DNA of 53,798 bases, from contig CAYTFO010000001.1 of the NCBI GenBank assembly GCA_964437135.1, positions 1 to 53,798 on the forward strand, written 5' to 3'. Each line of letters begins with the position of its first letter. Position 1 is the first letter of the stretch. Source of the stretch: an uncultured Roseivirgaceae bacterium. GTDB lineage: Bacteria > Bacteroidota > Bacteroidia > Cytophagales > Cyclobacteriaceae. Both the position numbers and the translations under genes were made by a program. Below are positions 15,339-25,479 of this stretch, in pieces. The notes beneath the pieces are model-generated. The model saw nothing but the letters and a program-made list of their open reading frames with translations. It had not been told where the DNA came from and searched no databases.

Positions 15339-16223
15339 TTAAATCGGCACATTTACATGCCTTTCAGCATGGTAAGAAGAACGGACCAATGGCCCTGATT
15401 CGACGTATTTCAAGCCTCTTTTCAGACCCTCTTCTCTATAAGCATCAAACTGATCCGGATGAATAAATTCTGCCACTTCAATATGCCTTTTGGTAGGCTG
15501 AAGATACTGACCTAATGTAAGTATGTCTAGGCCGTGTTCAACCAGGTCATCCATAGCCTTATGAACCTCTTCTTTCGTTTCGCTAAGCCCTAGCATGATC
15601 CCGGATTTGGTTCTCTTCCCCGCTTCTTTAGTCAGTTTTATTTGTTCCAGACTTCTATTGTATTTCGCCTGAGGTCTCACTCTTCTGTAGAGTCTTTCTA
15701 CGGTCTCAACATTGTGGCTCACAACCTCCTGGCCCGGTTCGATCATTCTGTATAATGCTTCCCAGTTTCCTTTTACGTCAGGAATAAGGGTTTCAATAGT
15801 AGTTTCAGGACTTAATTCTTTCGTAAGCTTAACTGTTTGATACCAGATCTCTGCCCCCCTGTCTTTCAATTCATCGCGGTTTACAGAAGTGATCACGGCA
15901 TGTTTTACCCCCATGGTTTTGATCGCTTCTGCTACTCTTTGAGGTTCTGCAGTATCATATTCGTTTGGTCTTCCGGTGGCAACAGCACAGAAAGTACAGC
16001 TACGCGTACAAACATTTCCTAAGATCATGAAGGTAGCAGTACCAGCACCCCAGCACTCACCCATGTTTGGGCAGTTACCACTTTCACAGATAGTGTGGAG
16101 CTTATTTTCATCCACAATTTTCCTGACTGCGGCATATTCTTTTCCAACCGGGAGTTTTACCCTAAGCCAATTTGGCTTTTTTACCCGTTCTTTTTTCTCT
16201 TCTACTACTGGTAACTCTATCAT
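15339..16223 (-). CDS. lipA: Lipoyl synthase
   Basis: N-terminal cluster [12 protein letters not shown] and radical-SAM motif CTRSCTFC. The length (294 aa) is typical. Confidence 0.95.
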   Translation of the reverse strand: MIELPVVEEKKERVKKPNWLRVKLPVGKEYAAVRKIVDENKLHTICESGNCPNMGECWGAGTATFMILGNVCTRSCTFCAVATGRPNEYDTAEPQRVAEAIKTMGVKHAVITSVNRDELKDRGAEIWYQTVKLTKELSPETTIETLIPDVKGNWEALYRMIEPGQEVVSHNVETVERLYRRVRPQAKYNRSLEQIKLTKEAGKRTKSGIMLGLSETKEEVHKAMDDLVEHGLDILTLGQYLQPTKRHIEVAEFIHPDQFDAYREEGLKRGLKYVESGPLVRSSYHAERHVNVPI

Positions 16224-16283
16224 GATCTCTCCTTATTCTGCTGCAAATTAAGTTTGTAACTGTTTCTTAACCAAAAAGGTTGA

Positions 16284-16997
16284 CTATTTCCTTGACCCCC
16301 AAAATAATGTAATAAAAGCGGCTGTAAAGAAACTTCTATTGTCTTGTGTAGGTACTAACTGAATTTGCCTGATAAATTGTTCCGCTGAAACCCCTAATTC
16401 TATTCCGGTTACATTATTTCTAAAAGCACCAAATTCGAAAGCCATTGAAGCTCTGGCATTTAGTCCAGGAACTACTTTACTTTGACCTAGTCCCTGAAAA
16501 ATTCTTCCGGGTCCTGCAATTTGAGATAAACTTGTTATTTCTTCCGGATTGTATTGTTGATAGTTTCCACTCTGTGTCATTACATAGTAGGGTGCTTCTA
16601 ATCCAATTGTAGGTCCTGCAGCAATTCCAAAATTAATTTGTACTCCTTGCTGTGGAGCTTTTTGATATAAGATTTTGTCATACCCATACTGTAAGCGGAT
16701 AGAGTACAGATAATTTTGCTTTCCCCAAATAAATGAAGTACCGGTTTGGTTAAAGGTATATCGCTGTTCTTTTGGATGCTTTACATTGAGTATTTCTAAT
16801 CCAAATGTCTCGTATAGTTTATCTTTTTTATTTCGGCTTGAACGAAAGAAAACTCCTCCAATCAAACCTCCGTTGGTGTTCTTATTAAATCCCCATACGA
16901 ATTCCTTGAAATAGGAATTATCTTCTTCAGGGGGTTGAGCCAACACAGAAGTTAGTGTAATAAATGATATGACTATGACTAAAAGCCTTTTAACCAT
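16284..16997 (-). CDS. Hypothetical secreted or outer-membrane beta-barrel-like protein
   Basis: 237 aa with a signal peptide (LLVIVISFITLTSVLAQ) and alternating aromatic/glycine-rich beta-strand-like sequence. No family recognised. Confidence 0.45.
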   Translation of the reverse strand: MVKRLLVIVISFITLTSVLAQPPEEDNSYFKEFVWGFNKNTNGGLIGGVFFRSSRNKKDKLYETFGLEILNVKHPKEQRYTFNQTGTSFIWGKQNYLYSIRLQYGYDKILYQKAPQQGVQINFGIAAGPTIGLEAPYYVMTQSGNYQQYNPEEITSLSQIAGPGRIFQGLGQSKVVPGLNARASMAFEFGAFRNNVTGIELGVSAEQFIRQIQLVPTQDNRSFFTAAFITLFWGSRK

Positions 16998-17050
16998 TAG
17001 GTATATATTTGTTTTCTTGTAAACGTAGTGTTAAAAATAATAGTTTAATT

Positions 17051-17452
17051 GTGCATATAAAAACTCAATATTCCGGAAAGCTTAGAACAGAAGTTACTCA
17101 CCTAAAGTCAAATACAAATATAATCACTGATGCACCTACCGATAACCATGGATTAGGGCAATCTTTTTCTCCAACTGATCTAGTAGCAGGCTCTCTTGCT
17201 TCCTGCATGCTCACTATTATGGGCATAGAGGCAAACAAACAGGGTTTTGATCTTGGCAATGTTGAAGCCACCACTGAGAAAATAATGAAAAAAAACCCGA
17301 GGGCTATTTCAGCAATCAGAATAAAATTTTCATGGCCAGATTGTGATCTCGATGAAAACACCCGTAAACATCTTAAAGAAAAAGCCCTTACATGTCCTGT
17401 AGCGCTGAGTATCCACCCAGATATCAGGCAGGAAATAAGCTTCGATTTTTAA
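17051..17452 (+). CDS. OsmC/Ohr-family peroxiredoxin-like protein
   Basis: The block TDAPTDNHGLGQSFSPTDLVAGSLASCMLTIMGI is typical of the OsmC family. The track starts at TTG 17009, only 11 nt from the divergent gene. GTG at 17051 gives a family-typical N-terminus. Confidence 0.8.
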   Translation: MHIKTQYSGKLRTEVTHLKSNTNIITDAPTDNHGLGQSFSPTDLVAGSLASCMLTIMGIEANKQGFDLGNVEATTEKIMKKNPRAISAIRIKFSWPDCDLDENTRKHLKEKALTCPVALSIHPDIRQEISFDF

Positions 17453-17805
17453 GAATTTATAAGCTGGCTTTTTGCAAGAGCTACTATTTCATCATAGTCT
17501 ATGCTGAAATGACTCGCGTCATAGATGGATTTACCTTCCTTCAATAAGATTGCCTGTGGTGACTGGTGATACACATCTGTTTTTTGTGCTACCAGATGAG
17601 AAAGTTCACGATATCTGATTAGATCAAGGTAGTATGCGGTTACATATGTATCTGCTTCTTTATCCCATTTTCGCTCTATCCTGTCTAAGCTAGCTGAGCT
17701 TATTGAACAACGTGTGGAATGTTTAAAGATTAATACGGGTTTTTGTGAAGATTCAGAAATTGCAGATTCCAGTTCTTCTGCAGTAGTTAATTCTTTCCAG
17801 TTCAT
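17449..17805 (-). CDS. ytxJ: YtxJ-type monothiol thioredoxin-like protein (bacillithiol system)
   Basis: 118 aa. The block PVLIFKHSTRCSIS is the YtxJ/DUF2847 T-C-x-I-S active-site context. Confidence 0.8.
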   Translation of the reverse strand: MNWKELTTAEELESAISESSQKPVLIFKHSTRCSISSASLDRIERKWDKEADTYVTAYYLDLIRYRELSHLVAQKTDVYHQSPQAILLKEGKSIYDASHFSIDYDEIVALAKSQLINS

Positions 17806-19113
17806 TTATTCGTTCCAGATTTCTATTTCGCCTTTATCAAACTTTGATTTTTTTACTTTTTTCTTAACAGCTTCTGGTTGAACATTGTTCCCGTAAATAT
17901 TATTCCATGTAACATTCCATTTTCGCATGGCTTCTTTAGTGAATCTGGAATTGGCATTTCTGGCAGAAACAACCTTTACACTAGGATGCATATCTGAACT
18001 TTTCTTATGAACCATTTTTATGGGTCCAGTGTATGTTTCTTCTGTATTACTGGTAGGTCTGCCCCATTTAATGTAAAACCTTTTGAAACTAAATCCTGAA
18101 TTGATGGTATATCTGGGAATTACCTTGTATTTATCGTCAAATGGCATTTCACCTTTTGTGGTTTTAGGCTTGTAGGTATATAGATATCTCGGGAAGGTAG
18201 TTTCTTCACTAAACTTACCTGACATTTTCTGTTTTTTATTGGGCCACATCGGTCCGGAAATCGATTTTGGTGCAGCCGCAATCCTTCCACCGGTAAATTC
18301 CTTAGGTCTTGAATACCTGGGAGCTACATCATATTTTTGATTTTTGAATGGAGAACCTTCGCTATATCTTGGGTTCACCGCCCATTTTCTGCTACCAAAA
18401 GGATTATTTGCAGAAAGATTGGTGGGAGCCCTCATATCTTTTCGGGTAAATGGCTTTTTCTCTATTGATTTGGGCGCAGCCGCAATCTTTCCACCGGTAA
18501 ATTCCTTAGGTCTTGAATACCTGGGAGCTACATCATATCGCTTATTTTTAAAAGGTGACCCCTTAGAATAACGCGGATTAACTGCCCATCGGCTGCTTCC
18601 CATAAATGGAGAATCTGCGGTTACAGGAGTCCAGCCTTTATGATATTTTGGTTTTCTAAATGGTATGGGTGGGCTTCTTCTTTGTTTGGCAACATACTTA
18701 CTCGTATTGCTCCCCTGGAATGGATTTGGTGGAGATTGATATCGCTCCGGCCTGCCGATTCTCTTATTGCTATACGGACTCCCAATAGAATACCTTGCAA
18801 TCCCTCTTGCTTTACTAAATCCTAATGGTGATCCTTTGCTTTGCATTGTTGCCGGCTTACTTCGCCTGTCGAAAATCGGTCTTGGTGAAACAGAACTATA
18901 TCGCTGTTCGTTTTTTTTGTTTTTAAATGGATGTGAATGATCCTGTGAAAAAGCCTGCTTTCGTCTTCTTTTAGCTTCTGCCTTGGTTTCACGTGGTTGT
19001 TGTGTTTTTAACCTTGTGTCACTATCCGGGATCAATTGAGCATACCCTTCCTGCGAAAACATTACGAGTGCAATGAAAAATATCAGGATTCTTATGGTAG
19101 CAGAAAATTTCAA
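17806..19113 (-). CDS. Secreted, highly basic repeat protein (RYS-x-GSP-F/Y-x-NK repeats), function unknown
   Basis: 435 aa with a signal peptide (ILIFFIALVMFSQEGYAQ), very Lys/Arg/Pro-rich. The motif PRYS.GSPFKN..YDVAPRYSRPKEFTGG.IAAAPKSI occurs twice as a 68-aa tandem unit, plus degenerate copies. Its stop abuts the ytxJ start. Confidence 0.6.
   Translation of the reverse strand: MKFSATIRILIFFIALVMFSQEGYAQLIPDSDTRLKTQQPRETKAEAKRRRKQAFSQDHSHPFKNKKNEQRYSSVSPRPIFDRRSKPATMQSKGSPLGFSKARGIARYSIGSPYSNKRIGRPERYQSPPNPFQGSNTSKYVAKQRRSPPIPFRKPKYHKGWTPVTADSPFMGSSRWAVNPRYSKGSPFKNKRYDVAPRYSRPKEFTGGKIAAAPKSIEKKPFTRKDMRAPTNLSANNPFGSRKWAVNPRYSEGSPFKNQKYDVAPRYSRPKEFTGGRIAAAPKSISGPMWPNKKQKMSGKFSEETTFPRYLYTYKPKTTKGEMPFDDKYKVIPRYTINSGFSFKRFYIKWGRPTSNTEETYTGPIKMVHKKSSDMHPSVKVVSARNANSRFTKEAMRKWNVTWNNIYGNNVQPEAVKKKVKKSKFDKGEIEIWNE
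18272..18334. repeat. 63-nt intragenic direct repeat, copy A
   Basis: 62 of 63 positions are identical to 18476..18538. The offset is 204 nt, or 68 codons. Flanking sequence is clearly more diverged. Confidence 0.9.
18476..18538. repeat. 63-nt intragenic direct repeat, copy B
   Basis: See copy A. The single mismatch is C/T at repeat position 13. Confidence 0.9.
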
Positions 19114-19210
19114 ATACTGGAATTGAACCTCAAATATTTATATTATTATCCTTAAACCCAAATAATGCAACCAGGCATAATTTGCCCTAAAGGTCAACTA
19201 TTTAGCATTT

Positions 19211-21220
19211 TTAATAGCTCAATAGTTCCTCAGTTTTCTTTAATAAACGTTCTTTTGGCAAAAAATTGCTTTCCAATCCGGCAGCAAATGGTACCGGAGT
19301 ATCCAGGCTTCCTTCTCGCATTATAGGTGCATCCAGGCAATGAAACCAGTTTTCGGCTATGTATGCTGATATTTCTGCTCCTATTCCACCTGTAATACAA
19401 TCTTCATGGAGAACCAGCACCTTATTTGTTTTTTCAACACTTTGTTTTACGGTTTCCTTATCCCACGGGAGTAATGTTCGAAGATCCACAACCTCAATTT
19501 TTCCTTCATGTTGTCTTGCAACTTCCATCGCCCAGTGAACTCCAAGGCCGTAGGTGATTATGGAAAGTTCACTTCCTTCTTTCACAACTTTTGCCTTGCC
19601 GATTTCTTCAGTGTAATACTCATCAGGTATTTCTTCTGTTAGAGATCGGTATAAAAATTTATGTTCGAAAAACAAATAGGGGTTTGGATCCTCAATAGCT
19701 GCATTCAACAATCCTTTTGCATCAGCTGGAGTGGAAGGATAAACAATCTTTAATCCCGGGGTATGGAAAAACCAGGCTTCGTTGGATTGGGAGTGAAAAG
19801 GTCCGGCTCCAACACCTGCGCCTGTAGGCATTCTAATTACCACATCGGCATTTTGCCCCCATCTGTAATGAATTTTTGCCAGGTTATTGATGATCTGGTT
19901 AAAACCACAGGTTACAAAATCAGCAAACTGCATTTCCATCATTGCTTTCATTCCGCAAATGCTAAGTCCCAGTGCAGAACCTACAATTGCAGATTCGCAA
20001 AGCGGTGTATTTCTGACCCTTTCTTTGCCAAATAGATCTGTAAAACCTTCCGTTACTTTAAAAACCCCACCATAATCAGCAATGTCCTGACCCATCAATA
20101 CAAGTTCAGGATACTTCTCCATCGATTGTTTCAGACCATCCGAAATGGCATCCACCATTCTTTTCTCCGAGGTTTTTGGACTTTTTGGATCTATTTTTTT
20201 CTGTTTAAAAGGAAAGTACACATCTTTCAATTCTGTTTCTGTGCTTACCTCTACCAGGGACTCATCAAAGGCTTCTTTGACTGCTGTATTGATTTCTTTA
20301 CGAAGTTTGTCTTTAATGTCTTCCAGTTTGGATTCTTCAATACCTTCACTTAAAAGGAAGTTGTGGTAGTTTTCGATAGGGTCTTTTTTTGACCAAAACT
20401 CCATCAATTCATTTGGAACATATTTAGTGCCCGAAGCTTCCTCATGCCCTCGCATTCTGAAAGTACGGGCTTCAAAGATGATCGGACGGGGTTTCTTACG
20501 AACATCCTTTACAATCTTATCAAGACTATCTATTACTTCAAGAATATTATTTCCATCTACACTTACTGCTTCGATACCATATGCAGGACCTTTTACTGTA
20601 AAGGATTCAAAATTGAATTGCTCTCTACTTGGGGTACTGAGTCCATAGCCATTGTTTTCGATCACGAAAATGACCGGAAGATCCCATACGGATGCCACAT
20701 TGATTGCTTCATGAAAATCTCCTTCACTTGCTCCTCCATCGCCAGTAAAAACAAGGCTCGCTTTCTTTTCTTTTTTGAGTTTATGAGCCAGGGCTATACC
20801 ATCCGCAATTCCCAGTTGTGGCCCAAGGTGGGAGATCATGCCTACAATTTTATATTCCTGGGTTCCGAAATGAAAAGATCGGTCTCTTCCTTTGGTAAAG
20901 CCCGATAGTTTTCCCTGAAATTGAGCAACCAACCTTTCGATAGGCACACCTCTCGTTGTAAAAAGCCCCAAATTTCGATGCATAGGAAGCATGTACTCGT
21001 CTTTTTGCATACAAAGCGCGGATCCAACCGAGATAGCTTCCTGACCAATTCCGGAAAACCATTTGCTGATTTTTCCCTGCCTAAGGAGAATCAGCATTTT
21101 TTCCTCAATAAGGCGTGGTGTTACTAAATGATGATAGATTTCAAGAAGTTTTTTATCGGATCTTTTATTGCGAACAAACTTCATTGAGGGTTGTTTCTGG
21201 GTAGTTGTGGGCAAAGTCAT
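19211..21220 (-). CDS. Fused 2-oxoacid dehydrogenase E1 component, alpha and beta subunits in one polypeptide (TPP-dependent)
   Basis: 669 aa. The N-half carries E1-alpha TPP-binding blocks (GDGGASEGDFHEAINVA, VIFVIENNGYGLSTP). The C-half carries E1-beta blocks (VLMGQDI..YGGVFKVT, RV.NTPL.E). An alternative start is Met13 at 21184. Confidence 0.85.
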   Translation of the reverse strand: MTLPTTTQKQPSMKFVRNKRSDKKLLEIYHHLVTPRLIEEKMLILLRQGKISKWFSGIGQEAISVGSALCMQKDEYMLPMHRNLGLFTTRGVPIERLVAQFQGKLSGFTKGRDRSFHFGTQEYKIVGMISHLGPQLGIADGIALAHKLKKEKKASLVFTGDGGASEGDFHEAINVASVWDLPVIFVIENNGYGLSTPSREQFNFESFTVKGPAYGIEAVSVDGNNILEVIDSLDKIVKDVRKKPRPIIFEARTFRMRGHEEASGTKYVPNELMEFWSKKDPIENYHNFLLSEGIEESKLEDIKDKLRKEINTAVKEAFDESLVEVSTETELKDVYFPFKQKKIDPKSPKTSEKRMVDAISDGLKQSMEKYPELVLMGQDIADYGGVFKVTEGFTDLFGKERVRNTPLCESAIVGSALGLSICGMKAMMEMQFADFVTCGFNQIINNLAKIHYRWGQNADVVIRMPTGAGVGAGPFHSQSNEAWFFHTPGLKIVYPSTPADAKGLLNAAIEDPNPYLFFEHKFLYRSLTEEIPDEYYTEEIGKAKVVKEGSELSIITYGLGVHWAMEVARQHEGKIEVVDLRTLLPWDKETVKQSVEKTNKVLVLHEDCITGGIGAEISAYIAENWFHCLDAPIMREGSLDTPVPFAAGLESNFLPKERLLKKTEELLSY

Positions 21221-21251
21221 AAAAAAAATGCATTTACACTGCGATATTAAC

Positions 21252-21259
21252 TAATTTTG
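21252..21259 (+). promoter_or_regulatory. Candidate Bacteroidota -7 promoter box (TAATTTTG)
   Basis: Matches the TAnnTTTG consensus and lies 11 nt upstream of the M16 peptidase ATG at 21270. This would imply a very short leader. Confidence 0.3.
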
Positions 21260-21269
21260 GCGCTCTCTT

Positions 21270-22508
21270 ATGATTCATTTCGAAGAATTTACTTTAAAAA
21301 ATGGCCTGAAGGTCATAATTCATCCGGACCCTAAGGTTTCTACGGTTTGTGTTAACACACTTTATAAAGTAGGCTCCAGAAACGAAAACCCGGAAAAAAC
21401 CGGGTTTGCGCATCTCTTTGAGCACCTTATGTTCGGAGGATCTCAAAATGTTCAATCATTTGATGAACAACTCCAATTGGCAGGTGGAGAAAACAATGCT
21501 TTTACTTCTACTGATATAACAAACTATTATATCACAGTTCCTTCTATAAACCTTGAAACTGCACTTTGGCTGGAGTCAGACCGTATGTTGAGCCTTTCTT
21601 TTGACCCTAAAGTTCTGGAAGTTCAAAGAAAAGTAGTCATCGAAGAATTCAGGCAGCGTTACCTGAATCAACCTTATGGTGACATGTGGTTAAAACTTCG
21701 TCCTGCAGCCTATAAGATACATCCATACCGATGGGCTACCATTGGAAAAGATATCAGCCATATTGAAAATGCCACTATGGAAGATGTCAGGTCTTTTTTT
21801 GGTAGATACTATGCACCTTCCAATGCAATATTGGTTTTGGCAGGAGATGTGAGTGTGGAGAATGGTTTGAAGCTGGTTGAAAAATGGTTTGGAGATATCC
21901 CTAAAGGTCAACCTGTAGATGACTCTATTCCCAAAGAACCGTTACAAAATGAAGTTAGGCAGCTTGAAGTTGAAGCCGATGTACCTCAGAATTCAATTAC
22001 CAAAGTTTTTCACATGCCCGGAAGAGGAGAGGATGATTACTATCCTGTAGATCTGATCAGTGATCTGGCAGGGAGAGGAAAATCATCTTTACTTTATGAG
22101 AAACTGGTGAAAGAAAAGAATCTGTTTAGCAATATATCTTCTAATGTAACCGGCAGCATGGATCCAGGTTTACTCGTTGTAAGTGGCAAATTGAATAATG
22201 GATCTTTCGATGAAGCAGAGAAAGAAATCAATCAATTACTTACAGATATCATGAGTCATTCCATAAAACCAAAGGATCTGGAAAAGGTGAAAAATATAGC
22301 ATTATCTTCTGTGGTTTTTGGAGAGGTTGATGTATTGAACAGGGCGATGTCACTTGCATATTCTTCTTATTTAGGTAATGCAAATAAAGTAAACGAGGAA
22401 GAAGAAAGGATTGAAAATGTAAGTGCAGAGGATATTGTGAGATTAGCACCTGATATTTTAAGACCAACAAACTCTACAACCTTATATTATAAAAAATCAA
22501 ATCAATGA
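21270..22508 (+). CDS. M16-family (pitrilysin-like) zinc peptidase
   Basis: Inverted zinc motif HLFEHLMF (HxxEH) near the N-terminus. 412 aa. Confidence 0.85.
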   Translation: MIHFEEFTLKNGLKVIIHPDPKVSTVCVNTLYKVGSRNENPEKTGFAHLFEHLMFGGSQNVQSFDEQLQLAGGENNAFTSTDITNYYITVPSINLETALWLESDRMLSLSFDPKVLEVQRKVVIEEFRQRYLNQPYGDMWLKLRPAAYKIHPYRWATIGKDISHIENATMEDVRSFFGRYYAPSNAILVLAGDVSVENGLKLVEKWFGDIPKGQPVDDSIPKEPLQNEVRQLEVEADVPQNSITKVFHMPGRGEDDYYPVDLISDLAGRGKSSLLYEKLVKEKNLFSNISSNVTGSMDPGLLVVSGKLNNGSFDEAEKEINQLLTDIMSHSIKPKDLEKVKNIALSSVVFGEVDVLNRAMSLAYSSYLGNANKVNEEEERIENVSAEDIVRLAPDILRPTNSTTLYYKKSNQ

Positions 22509-22990
22509 AACCTAATATAAAAGTCGGTTATGGCTATGATGTCCATGCCCTTGCTGAAGACGTTGATTTTTGGCTGGGAGGTATTCAAATTGAACATACT
22601 CATGGAGCTTTTGGACATTCAGATGCAGATGTTTTGTTACATGTGATTTGCGATGCCTTATTGGGAGCAGCAAGTATGCGTGATATCGGATTTCATTTTT
22701 CGGATAAGGATCCCAAATTCAAAGGAATTGACAGCAAGATTTTGCTGGAGCGAGTGGTAGAATTGATTGGAACAAAAGGTTACAAAGTTGGGAACGTAGA
22801 TTGTACAGTTGCCCTTCAAAGACCTAAAATTGGTCCTTACATTGAAAAAATGAGGGAGACGACAGCAAAGGTTATGAAAATCGATGTTGAGGATGTTTCA
22901 ATTAAAGCAACTACTACTGAAAAACTGGGGTTTGTGGGTAAAGAAGAAGGCGTTGCAGCACATGCAGTTGCCTTGATTTACAAAGACTGA
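22505..22990 (+). CDS. ispF: 2-C-methyl-D-erythritol 2,4-cyclodiphosphate synthase
   Basis: 161 aa with the blocks GYGYDVH, GHSDADVLLHVICDALLGA and DIG. It overlaps the upstream gene by 4 nt. Confidence 0.95.
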   Translation: MKPNIKVGYGYDVHALAEDVDFWLGGIQIEHTHGAFGHSDADVLLHVICDALLGAASMRDIGFHFSDKDPKFKGIDSKILLERVVELIGTKGYKVGNVDCTVALQRPKIGPYIEKMRETTAKVMKIDVEDVSIKATTTEKLGFVGKEEGVAAHAVALIYKD

Positions 22991-22992
22991 TC

Positions 22993-23664
22993 ATGGGTCC
23001 AAGGTTGAAGCTGATTGAAACCGGTGATGGCTCTCATTCTTTGTTGAATGAAGAGTTGAATGAAACCTATCATTCATTTCATGGCGCCAAAGGCGAATCT
23101 CAACATGTATTTATTGAAGCGGGTCTGATAGATTATCTTAAAGATGAGCAAAAAAAGGAGATTACCATTTTTGAAGTTGGGTTTGGTACAGGATTAAATG
23201 CATGGCTTGTCTATGAGTTTGCACGTCAAAATCCAGATATCATCTTCAGGTTCATAACCGTTGAAACATTCCCGATACCAGAAAGTCAGTTTGCTAAATT
23301 TAATTTTACGAATGATTCGGTTTTCCAAAAAATGCACAAAGTAAGCTGGAATCAGGAACATGAGTTTGAAAATTTTCATCTGACCAAATTACATTACGGA
23401 TTAGAGGAAGTAAGATTGGATAATTATCAATTTGATCTTGTTTTTTATGATGCTTTTGCCCCATCCAAGCAACCGGAAATGTGGTCAAAAGAAAACCTTC
23501 AAAAATGTTATGAATACATGATAACTGGGGGATATTTAGTCACATATTGTGCAAAGGGACAATTCAAAAGGGATCTTGCAGCTATTGGATTTGAAGTACA
23601 AACTCTACCTGGTGCCATGGGTAAAAAGGAGATGGTTAGGGGCGTTAAGATCGAGAATCAGTAA
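22993..23664 (+). CDS. mnmD: tRNA (mnm5s2U34) methyltransferase, MnmD-type (MnmC methyltransferase domain only)
   Basis: 223 aa with the blocks TGDGSHSL...ETYHS.HGA..ES.HVFI, EVGFGTGLN and DAFAP..QPEMWS. Confidence 0.8.
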   Translation: MGPRLKLIETGDGSHSLLNEELNETYHSFHGAKGESQHVFIEAGLIDYLKDEQKKEITIFEVGFGTGLNAWLVYEFARQNPDIIFRFITVETFPIPESQFAKFNFTNDSVFQKMHKVSWNQEHEFENFHLTKLHYGLEEVRLDNYQFDLVFYDAFAPSKQPEMWSKENLQKCYEYMITGGYLVTYCAKGQFKRDLAAIGFEVQTLPGAMGKKEMVRGVKIENQ

Positions 23665-23700
23665 TTTTATTCATAGGATTTCTTTTCCTACTGTTCAAGT

Positions 23701-25479
23701 CTAAATCTCCATCAACTGCAGCTCAATGAAGTTTTTATACTCTCCATTTTTCTCTATGAGTTCACTGTGATTACCCTGTTCAAGAACCTGCCCTTTTTTG
23801 AGTACAAGGATTCTGTCAACTTCTTTGATTGTCGCAAGCCTATGTGCAATTACAAGTGTAGTTCTATTTTGCATTAACCTGTCCAATGCATCTTTTACGA
23901 GTTTTTCGGATTTTGCGTCCAGTGAACTGGTTGCCTCATCCAGAACCAGGATTTTAGGGTCTTTCAAAATTGCTCTGGCAATAGCGATTCGCTGTCTTTG
24001 TCCACCTGAAAGTTTCACACCTCTTTCACCAACCAGAGTATCAAAGCCCTCCGGAAAACCTTCAATAAACTCTAGTGCATTTGCTTTTCTGGCAGCTTCC
24101 TTTATCTCCTCATCTGAAGCTCCCGGCTTTCCATATAGAATATTTTCTTTCAATGATCCGCCAAATAGTATCACTTCCTGAGGAACGATACCTATATTTT
24201 TTCTCAATTGATGAATCGGCATATCGGTGATATTTTTTCCATCAATCGTGATTTCCCCATCTTCCAGATCATAATATCGCATCAGCAGTTGTACGATGGT
24301 GGATTTGCCAGCACCACTCTGACCTACAAGTGCGATCCTTTCTCCTTTTTTTAACTCGAAATCCAAATTTTGAATGATCTTTATTTCAGGACGGGTAGGA
24401 TAACTGAATCCAACATTCCTGAATTTAATATTGCCCTCAATATTGATTTCAGTAGAAACTTCCTCCAGGTCTTCACCTTCTTCATCCTTGAGTTCAAGTA
24501 CTCTTTCCGAAGCACCAATTGCTTTTTGAACCTGCCCAAACAGATTACCAAGGCCGCCGATTGATGCACCGATAAATGTAGTGTAAAGTACAAATGAAAG
24601 AAGATCTCCCACACTCATTTCACCCTGCTGCACAAGTCGGGCCCCAAACCACATGATGGCAACGATCGAACCAAAAATCGCGAAAATTATAAAGGAAATA
24701 AACAAGGCTCTGTATTTAGCACCACGCAATGCAGTGATTACCGCTTTGTCAATTGCTTTGGAGAATCTTCCGGTCTCGTAAAACTCAGAAGTAAAGGATT
24801 TTACAGAAAAAATGGCCTGTATCGTCTCTTCAGCCACAACATTAGCTTCAGCAAGTTCATCCTGTGTTCTTTTTGAAAGCTTCCGAATGAATCTCCCAAA
24901 GAAAAAAGCCACTAAAATGATTATTGGGAATGTTGCCAGCATAAAAAGACTGAGCTTCGGAGTGGTTGAGAATATTACGATTGTACCCACCAGTAATACC
25001 ACAACCTGTCTTATCAATTCTGCTAACGTGATCGAAAGAGTATCCTGCAATAACGAAATATCGTTAGTTATCCTACTCACAAGTTCACCTGTTCTGACCT
25101 TGTCATAGTACGCCATTGGAAGTGAGATGATCTTTTTATAGGTATCCACTCGTATCGCTGCCATTGCTCTTTCTGTAACCTGAGCAAAGAGCATGACTCT
25201 GAAAAAGGAGAATACGCTTTGTAGAAAAAGAATTCCGATCAGCAACAACGCAGCAAAAGAGATTGACTGTGTGATCCAGCCTTCCTTTCCGCTTGCTATG
25301 TCCAGTAGTTTTCCGGCTACATATGGAAAAGCCATAAAAAGGCCGCTCGAAATAAATAAAAGCACTAATCCAAAAATGAATTTCCCTTTATATGGAATCA
25401 CATATTGGTAGATGCCTATAAGTTTTCGTAATCCCTCTTTAGAAAATCTCTTATTCTTGCGTTCCCCGCTATCCTTCAT
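23701..25479 (-). CDS. ABC transporter, fused permease/ATPase (MsbA-like exporter)
   Basis: 592 aa with a six-TM N-half. Walker A is GQSGAGKST, the ABC signature is LSGGQRQRIAIARA, and Walker B is ILVLDEATS. Confidence 0.9.
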   Translation of the reverse strand: MKDSGERKNKRFSKEGLRKLIGIYQYVIPYKGKFIFGLVLLFISSGLFMAFPYVAGKLLDIASGKEGWITQSISFAALLLIGILFLQSVFSFFRVMLFAQVTERAMAAIRVDTYKKIISLPMAYYDKVRTGELVSRITNDISLLQDTLSITLAELIRQVVVLLVGTIVIFSTTPKLSLFMLATFPIIILVAFFFGRFIRKLSKRTQDELAEANVVAEETIQAIFSVKSFTSEFYETGRFSKAIDKAVITALRGAKYRALFISFIIFAIFGSIVAIMWFGARLVQQGEMSVGDLLSFVLYTTFIGASIGGLGNLFGQVQKAIGASERVLELKDEEGEDLEEVSTEINIEGNIKFRNVGFSYPTRPEIKIIQNLDFELKKGERIALVGQSGAGKSTIVQLLMRYYDLEDGEITIDGKNITDMPIHQLRKNIGIVPQEVILFGGSLKENILYGKPGASDEEIKEAARKANALEFIEGFPEGFDTLVGERGVKLSGGQRQRIAIARAILKDPKILVLDEATSSLDAKSEKLVKDALDRLMQNRTTLVIAHRLATIKEVDRILVLKKGQVLEQGNHSELIEKNGEYKNFIELQLMEI

